64,000 nucleotides of DNA from an uncultured Acidobacteriota bacterium (GTDB lineage: Bacteria > Acidobacteriota > Thermoanaerobaculia > Multivoradales > UBA5704): NCBI GenBank assembly GCA_963770895.1, contig CAVYRF010000002.1:5504001-5568000 (forward strand), read 5' to 3'. Below, piece after piece: positions 57,960-64,000 of the stretch (position 1 is the first letter of the stretch; the number at the start of each line of letters is the position of its first letter). Made by a program: the position numbers and the translations under genes. A model generated the notes under the pieces. It made no database searches, was not told the DNA's origin, and saw only the letters and a list, made by a program, of their open reading frames with translations.

Positions 57960-60900
57960 GTGAAACGTTCGCTCGCTCTCTTCGGCCGGCCGACCTGCCG
58001 CGCTGTGGCGCTCCTTGTCCACGCGGCCGGGCTTGCCGTCACCATGTCCGGATGCGGTGACGGTTCCGATCCGGCACGCGCAGTGGAATCGATCCGTACC
58101 AACTGGACAAAGGCGTTTGCCGTCGCGCGGCCGCTGGCAGGCCGGCTGGCGGGCGTCGGATATGCACCTGCGGCGCCGGTGCCAGCGGCAGGGCCTGCGG
58201 CGCCAGTGGCACCGGCGCCGCTTGCAGCAGCGACGCTACCCGCGGCGTCGCCGAGCGAAGCCACGGTCGCCGCGGAGCGGCGCACCTTTGCCGGTCTCAG
58301 CCGGTCCGCCGTGCGGACGGCACGCACACGCTCGGCCTGGGATCTGTATGCCCTGGGGCTCGCCGCGCTGGGCGTCGGCCGGGTCGATGCGGCGGTCGAT
58401 CACCTTGCCGCGGCGGCGGCGCGAATGCCCGCCAAGCCGGAACCGTGGAGCGACCTGGCGGCCGCCTACCTGGAGCGAGGCGATCGCCGGCACCTTTCGC
58501 ACGACGACCTGCTGGCTCTGGACGCGGCGGACCGGGCGCTGCAGCTTGCGCCTGGCCTGGCGCCCGCGGCCTTCAACCGGGCTGTCGCCTTGGAGCGGCT
58601 TTTCCTCCCGGCCGCCGCCGCCTGGCAAAGGTTCCTGGCTAGCGATCGCAGCTCAGGCCGGGGATGGCCAGCCGAGGCGCGCCGCCACCTGGCCGCGGCA
58701 GGCTCGCCTGAACCGATCGATGCCTGGACGATCCAGCGCCGGCGCCTGGAAGACCTGGCGGCTGCCGGCAAACCGGAGGCCCTGGCATCGTGGGCTCGAC
58801 GGGTGCCGCAGGCGGTTCGCGAGCTGGCCGAAGACGTGGAACTGCCGGCCTGGGGCGGCGCCGTGCTCGCCGGCCGCGGGGCGGACGCCGGGCGCGCGCT
58901 GGCGATCGCCAGAGCGTTGGGCGGGGCGCTCGCCGCCGGCCGTGGCGGCACCGCGGTCGCGGATTGCGTGCGCGCGATCGACCTGGCAGGCGCCGGCCCT
59001 GGGGCCAGCGCCGGGTACGACACGTCCGCCGCGGCGCCGGTGAGTCCTGGGGGCAGGAGTGCGCTGCACGACCTGGCCGCCGCCCACGCCGTCTACGGTC
59101 AGGCGCTGGCGCTGTACGCCAGCGAGCAGTTCGCCGGCGCCCAGGTGGTTTTTGACCGCGCCGCCGCGCTGTTCGTCGGCGCCGGCAGCCCGTTTGCCGG
59201 GTGGGCGCGCTTTCAGCTGGCACGCTGTGCGTTTCAGCATCTGGATTACGACCGCGCCGTGCGCCTGCTGGAGCCGCTCACCGGCGCCGGAGCCGCCGGG
59301 CGCGATGCTGCGCTGGCGGGGCGCGCGTGGGTGCTCGACGGCCTGATCGCCGCGATCGTGGGGCGGCCTTTTGACGCGCTTGCGGCTTGGCAACAGGGCC
59401 GCGAGGTGTTCACCCGGCTGGGCGAGCGGGGGAGCTTGATCTCCCTGGACGCGGGCGCTGCCGAGGTGCTGGCCTCGCTCGGACGCAGAGCCGAAAGCTG
59501 GACCTTCCTGCTGCGCGCCCTGAGCGAAACCAGCGCCGTGGACCCGGTTGCGGACCTCGGACACGCGCTCGAGCGGGCCGCCGTGGCGGCGCAGGAAGAC
59601 GGCGCCTTTGCGGCGGCGATCGATTTTCGCGACGAGCAGCTGCGCCGCGCGCTGGCGTCGGGCTCCGCCCGGCGCACCGCGGGAGCGCTGTTCGACCGCG
59701 CCATGGCCTACAGCGGCGCCGGCAACCGCCCGCTCGCGCTGCACGACATCGAGGCAGCCAGGCGGATGGCCGCCGCCATGCCGGACAGCGGCCTGCGCAC
59801 CAGCGCGACGGCCGACATCCTGTACACCGAAGGCCGCATCCGGCGCCGCTTCGACGCCGCGTCGGCGATCCCGCCCCTGGCGGAGGCGGCGCGGATCTTC
59901 GCCGCGACCGGCTATCGCTATCCCCTGGTGACCGCCCACCTGGAGCTGGGGCTCGCCACGCTCGCGCTGCGCCAGGACGATCGCGCCGAAAGCGAGCTGC
60001 AAGCCGCCGCCGCGGCGGTCGAACACCAACGCGGCGCGATCCCGGACAGCTCCACCCGCAGCACCTACCTGGGACAGATGCGCGAGGTCTACGAAGCCAT
60101 CGTCGAGCTGGAGGCCGGCCGGCGCCGGCGGCCCGAGCCGGCACTGGCGGCGAGCGAGCTGTACCGCGGCCGCACGCTCCTCGACCTGTTGCAGGGCGGC
60201 CGCTCGCGGAGGGAGCGAGGTCTGACGCTCGGTCCCTCCGTGCAGCCCGTTCCGGCGGCAGGCAACGGCGCGTTCGCCGCCTCCCAGCCGCTGGCGCCGC
60301 GCGACATCGCGGCGGCGCTGCCCGCGGGTACCGCGGGTGTCGAGTTCGCCTTCGCCCACGGTCGGCTGTTCACCTGGGTCGTCACGCCAGGGGGGTTGCG
60401 CCTCTTCGCGTCGGATCTGGGCGCTCATGCCGAGCGCCGGATCGGGGTCCTGGCACAGCGCCTGCGCGGCGAGCTACGGACGGGCCGGGTGGGTAGAGGC
60501 TCGGCCGCCGTGCTGCTCGACGACCTGCTGCTGCAACCGATCGAGCCCGCGCTGCCCGCCGGAGCACGGCTGGTGCTGGCTCCCGACGGCCCGCTGAGCG
60601 GGCTGCCGTTTGCCGCCTTGCGCGATCGTCAGGGCCGCTACCTGATCGCGCGGCACGCGCTGCTGCTGGCACCCAGCCTTTCGTACTTCGTTGCCAGCCG
60701 GCGCTCGCACCGGTCCGTTGCGGATCGGTCTGCCGGCGGCGGTTCCACCAGCGGGAGGGCGCCGCTGCGCGTCCTTGCCGTCGGCGACCCCGCCTTCGAT
60801 CCAGCCGTCTTTGGCGATCTGCCCCGCCTGCCCGGCGCAGCGGCGGAAGCGGCGGCCGTCGCCAGGCTGCTGCCGGGCTCGGTCGCCCTGGTCGGAGCGC

Positions 60901-61412
60901 AGGCGTCCGCGGCCAACCTGCTGGCCGCCGTGGACCGGTTCCCCATCCTGCACTTCGCCGGCCATGCGATCGCCAACCCGGCGGAGCCGCTGCTGTCGTA
61001 CCTGCTGCTCGCCTCCGACGCGCCGGGCGGCGCGAGCGTGCTCTATGCGCGCGACGTGCTGGATTACCGCTTCGACCGCACGCGCCTGGCCCTGCTCGCG
61101 GCCTGCCGTACGGCGGACGACCAGAGCACCTCCGGACAGGGCGTGATGGGGCTGGCCAGCGTGTTTCTGGCCGCCGGGGTGCCCGCCGTGATCGCCACCC
61201 TGTGGGACGTCGAAGACCCGTCGTCCGGCGCTCTGCTCGACCGTTTCTATCGTCGCCTGGCGCGCGGCGTCGACGCCGCGGACGCCCTGCGCGCGGCGCA
61301 GCTGGACCTGCTGGCCAGCTCCGATCCAGCCTTACGCCAACCCGCCACCTGGGCCGGCTTCGAAATTATCGGCGATCCGCCGGCCTTTCTGCCCCAACCC
61401 GTACCTTTTTGA
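57960..61412 (+). CDS. TPR + CHAT (caspase-like) domain protease
   Basis: TPRs (WSDLAAAYL, AAFNRA.ALE.L); CHAT motifs L.PDG.L..LPFAAL, LHFAGHA (His), LAACRT (Cys), G..GL...FLAAG...V.ATLW.V.D, WAGF; possible lipobox MSGC; start uncertain. Confidence 0.9.
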   Translation: MKRSLALFGRPTCRAVALLVHAAGLAVTMSGCGDGSDPARAVESIRTNWTKAFAVARPLAGRLAGVGYAPAAPVPAAGPAAPVAPAPLAAATLPAASPSEATVAAERRTFAGLSRSAVRTARTRSAWDLYALGLAALGVGRVDAAVDHLAAAAARMPAKPEPWSDLAAAYLERGDRRHLSHDDLLALDAADRALQLAPGLAPAAFNRAVALERLFLPAAAAWQRFLASDRSSGRGWPAEARRHLAAAGSPEPIDAWTIQRRRLEDLAAAGKPEALASWARRVPQAVRELAEDVELPAWGGAVLAGRGADAGRALAIARALGGALAAGRGGTAVADCVRAIDLAGAGPGASAGYDTSAAAPVSPGGRSALHDLAAAHAVYGQALALYASEQFAGAQVVFDRAAALFVGAGSPFAGWARFQLARCAFQHLDYDRAVRLLEPLTGAGAAGRDAALAGRAWVLDGLIAAIVGRPFDALAAWQQGREVFTRLGERGSLISLDAGAAEVLASLGRRAESWTFLLRALSETSAVDPVADLGHALERAAVAAQEDGAFAAAIDFRDEQLRRALASGSARRTAGALFDRAMAYSGAGNRPLALHDIEAARRMAAAMPDSGLRTSATADILYTEGRIRRRFDAASAIPPLAEAARIFAATGYRYPLVTAHLELGLATLALRQDDRAESELQAAAAAVEHQRGAIPDSSTRSTYLGQMREVYEAIVELEAGRRRRPEPALAASELYRGRTLLDLLQGGRSRRERGLTLGPSVQPVPAAGNGAFAASQPLAPRDIAAALPAGTAGVEFAFAHGRLFTWVVTPGGLRLFASDLGAHAERRIGVLAQRLRGELRTGRVGRGSAAVLLDDLLLQPIEPALPAGARLVLAPDGPLSGLPFAALRDRQGRYLIARHALLLAPSLSYFVASRRSHRSVADRSAGGGSTSGRAPLRVLAVGDPAFDPAVFGDLPRLPGAAAEAAAVARLLPGSVALVGAQASAANLLAAVDRFPILHFAGHAIANPAEPLLSYLLLASDAPGGASVLYARDVLDYRFDRTRLALLAACRTADDQSTSGQGVMGLASVFLAAGVPAVIATLWDVEDPSSGALLDRFYRRLARGVDAADALRAAQLDLLASSDPALRQPATWAGFEIIGDPPAFLPQPVPF

Positions 61413-61423
61413 GAGGAGAAAAG

Positions 61424-62476
61424 ATGCCCACTCCGTTGACGCTGGTGTTTCAAGGTCTGATCGCCTTCGCGCCGGGAATCACTGGCACCGCTCCGGACCT
61501 GACGGCCTATGTAATCGACGCCTCACAGCAGCCCGTATATAAGTGCGCGATGACCCACACCGCAAAGATTCGCTTTGTCACGAACACTTGTAACAACGGC
61601 TGCACCACGCGGCTTAAGGATCCGACGATGGGACCAATGATCGACGCCTGCGAGTGCAGCTTGTCCACCGACCTCATCTCCGTAGGAGGAACAGTGCCTG
61701 ACCTCAGTGCGAAAGCCATTGCTCACGCTCCGCAGGACGCCATGCCTCAATCGGATACCGAATCTTTGGATCCAGCCTACGTGGTGGATATGAACAACCT
61801 GGGCGCCACTCTCGACGCGACGAAGGTCTATCCGACCAAACTGGCGGCAACGTTCAACTTCTCTTATGACGTGCTCGAATCGCACAACTTTGCCATTGTG
61901 GGGCGTTATGCCGAAGACATGCGCTTCAAGCAGGAGGGAACGATGGGTTTGACCTCTCACGTCCAGGCCGCGGCAACAACGCTGGTGGCACGGATCACAA
62001 CAATGAACCCTGTCTTGACGCTGGTTAACGTCGTCTCCGGGAATGTCCGTACATTTCCCCTCACGCCGCTGTGCCCAACGCAGCAAGGCGGAACGCAGCC
62101 ATGCGAAATCTTGATTCAAAACGAGCCCTCGATGGATGTCCCTGCTGGATGCGATGCCAGCATCGGCTACGACTTCACGCTTTTCTATCAGCTTGCCAAG
62201 GGCACTATGAACGCGCTGGAGCTCAACCTGCCTCAAGGGATGGACATCGGCAAGATGCCGGGCTGCACGTCGCCCTTCCGGGCCTTCCAAAGTCAGCTTG
62301 AGACGTTTCCGTTCTACCAAACGATCTGCGATGGCACGGCGACCGTGAAAACAACCAAGACGGTTACGACGACGACCACGATTGGTGGTGTCACGACGGC
62401 CACGACGAAGGAGACTGTCATCCCCACCGCCGTCACCACCCGGTCCATCTGCGCAATGGCGCTCTTCTCGCAGTAG
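61424..62476 (+). CDS. Uncharacterised 350-aa Cys-rich protein immediately downstream of CHAT
   Basis: GAGAGGAG RBS overlapping the CHAT stop; starts LTLVFQGLIAF; 11 Cys; Thr-rich tail; lower-GC codons. Confidence 0.8.
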   Translation: MPTPLTLVFQGLIAFAPGITGTAPDLTAYVIDASQQPVYKCAMTHTAKIRFVTNTCNNGCTTRLKDPTMGPMIDACECSLSTDLISVGGTVPDLSAKAIAHAPQDAMPQSDTESLDPAYVVDMNNLGATLDATKVYPTKLAATFNFSYDVLESHNFAIVGRYAEDMRFKQEGTMGLTSHVQAAATTLVARITTMNPVLTLVNVVSGNVRTFPLTPLCPTQQGGTQPCEILIQNEPSMDVPAGCDASIGYDFTLFYQLAKGTMNALELNLPQGMDIGKMPGCTSPFRAFQSQLETFPFYQTICDGTATVKTTKTVTTTTTIGGVTTATTKETVIPTAVTTRSICAMALFSQ

Positions 62477-62579
62477 CCGCGCCAGCCAGGCAGCAGACGT
62501 CACTGCCGGCGGGTGACGTTTCTCACAGCGGCCGGCGGGCGGGCGGGGGTAGGGTTGCCTCACCGGATAGGAGGGCACC

Positions 62580-64000
62580 GTGAGGCGCGACGCTAGCTGG
62601 TTGGCCGCTGTGGTGGGTGTTTTTGTGGTGGCGCTTGGCTTGGCCGGGGCGGGTGCCGCGGCGGGCCAGGGGATGAGCTTCTATACGGTGACGCCGTGCC
62701 GGCTGGTGGATACGCGGACGGCGGCGGGGCCGTTTGGCGGGCCGGCGCTGGCGGCGGGGACGCCGCGGACGTTCGACGCGGCGGGGCAGTGCGGGGTGTC
62801 GACGCGCGCCGTGGCGGTGGCGGCCAACGTGACGATCGTGGCGCCGCAGGCGGGCGGGTTTCTGGCGTTCCCGGCGATGAGCGGGCCGAACGCGGGGACG
62901 ATCACCACCTCGACGCTCAACTTTGCGATGAACCGGCAGGTGCTGGCCAACAACGCCGTGCTGGCGGTGGGGCCGGCGGGGGCGGTGGAGGTGCTGCCGG
63001 GCATGAGCGGCGCCGGCACGGTCCACATGATCGTCGACATCGTGGGCTACTTTGCCAACGCCGCGGCCGAGCAGACCACGGCGGCGCCGCCGGCGTTCAA
63101 TCCGCCGCCCGGCGCCTACAGCGGGCAGCAGATGGTGCAGATCGTCAGCTCGACGCCGGGGGCGGTCATCTATTACACGACCGACGGCTCGACGCCGAGC
63201 GCCACCCACGGCACGCTCTATACCGGCGCGGTGCCGCTGCCGGCGACGGCGACGCTGCAGGCGATGGCGGTTGCCACGGGGTTTGGCGCCAGCGCGGTCA
63301 CCAGCGGCGTGTATACGCTGAGCGGCACGTCGACGCTGTTCCTGGCCCAGATGGTGCCGCAGGGGGCTTCGCTGTCGCTCGGCTCGGGAGCGGCCAGCCT
63401 GGTGCTGTCCGCCGACCAGACGACCGCCGTGCTGCACTACACCTACTCCAACCTGAGCGGGCCGATCGTCGCGCAGCACATCCACGGTCCCGGCGGCCTC
63501 ATCCTGTTCGACATCGACAGCGCGACGCCCGACGCGACCGGCGGCCGGCTGTGGACGCTGGCGCCCGTCGGGGCGCTCTCCACGGCGCAGATCCTGACGG
63601 CGCTGTTTGCCGGCCAGTGCTACATCAACCTGCACACGGCGCTCTACCCGTCGGGCGAGATCCGGGGCTTCTTCAACCTGGCGACGGGCAGCGCAACGTT
63701 CACGCCGCCGCCGGTGCCGCCGGCCTTGCCGCCGCCGCCGATCACGCAGAGCGACGCGGCGCGCTTCCTGCTGCAGGCGACCTACGGGCCGGCGACGCCC
63801 GCCGACGTGACGATGATCACCGGCGACGCCAACGGCTTCGCCGACTGGCTGGCCTACCAGTACAGCCAGCCGCTGACCTCGCACCTGGCCTACGTGCAGG
63901 CTGCCGCGGCGGCGGGGGAGGACATCTCCAGCAACCAGGTGATGGAGTCGTTCTGGAAGCAGGCGGTGACCGGCCCCGACCAGCTGCGCCAGCGGGTGGC
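62580..64000 (+). CDS. Secreted multidomain protein: PCRLVDTR-type domain, Fn3-associated/chitobiase-like domain, CHRD, DUF1800 (3' partial)
   Basis: Not in the ORF track (no stop in window). AGGAGG RBS + GTG; signal peptide; FYTVTPCRLVDTR..DIVGYF; IYYTTDGSTP; HIHGP..YINLHT..PSGEIRG; AARFLLQATYGP..PDQLRQRV. Confidence 0.85.
   Translation, partial: MRRDASWLAAVVGVFVVALGLAGAGAAAGQGMSFYTVTPCRLVDTRTAAGPFGGPALAAGTPRTFDAAGQCGVSTRAVAVAANVTIVAPQAGGFLAFPAMSGPNAGTITTSTLNFAMNRQVLANNAVLAVGPAGAVEVLPGMSGAGTVHMIVDIVGYFANAAAEQTTAAPPAFNPPPGAYSGQQMVQIVSSTPGAVIYYTTDGSTPSATHGTLYTGAVPLPATATLQAMAVATGFGASAVTSGVYTLSGTSTLFLAQMVPQGASLSLGSGAASLVLSADQTTAVLHYTYSNLSGPIVAQHIHGPGGLILFDIDSATPDATGGRLWTLAPVGALSTAQILTALFAGQCYINLHTALYPSGEIRGFFNLATGSATFTPPPVPPALPPPPITQSDAARFLLQATYGPATPADVTMITGDANGFADWLAYQYSQPLTSHLAYVQAAAAAGEDISSNQVMESFWKQAVTGPDQLRQRV

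Overview
High-GC window from a diderm bacterium. An Acidobacteriota/Thermoanaerobaculia-like source is my inference from gene content, not a tested result. (1) 1-2192: the end of an mlaF-mlaD operon. (2) ~2200-18420: an accessory/defence-like island. It holds a SIR2+TIR gene translationally coupled to an NLR-like STAND-TM-WD40(x16) gene that is split by an IS4 with clear IRs and a 9-bp TSD. It also holds an SGNH hydrolase, a frameshifted nucleotidyltransferase with a small partner, an orphan double-Gly Cys-rich peptide, a SIR2-TPR gene, and two IS701 copies bracketing a low-GC peptide + membrane protein unit. (3) 18421-50500: housekeeping and envelope genes, namely a murF-alr fusion, cytochrome c, S10 peptidase, purC, a cyclase-like protein, pepA, two peptide ABC ATPases, a TolC/MacAB-type exporter with two palindromic mini-elements, a cyclic beta-1,2-glucan synthase with a G-tract frameshift, an HTTM protein and two SGNH proteins. 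(4) 50599-62476: the best candidate for an undescribed system. Three paralogous XRE-HTH/TPR proteins surround a small exported protein carrying four tandem PQNR-C-x-x-DP[DN]G-x(1-3)-C cores, followed by a TPR-CHAT protease and a Cys-rich partner; this resembles an RRNPP-like peptide signalling/proteolysis locus in a diderm. (5) The start of a large secreted CHRD/DUF1800 protein. No rRNA, tRNA or CRISPR array was seen. All family calls come from motif recognition by eye, with no database searches.
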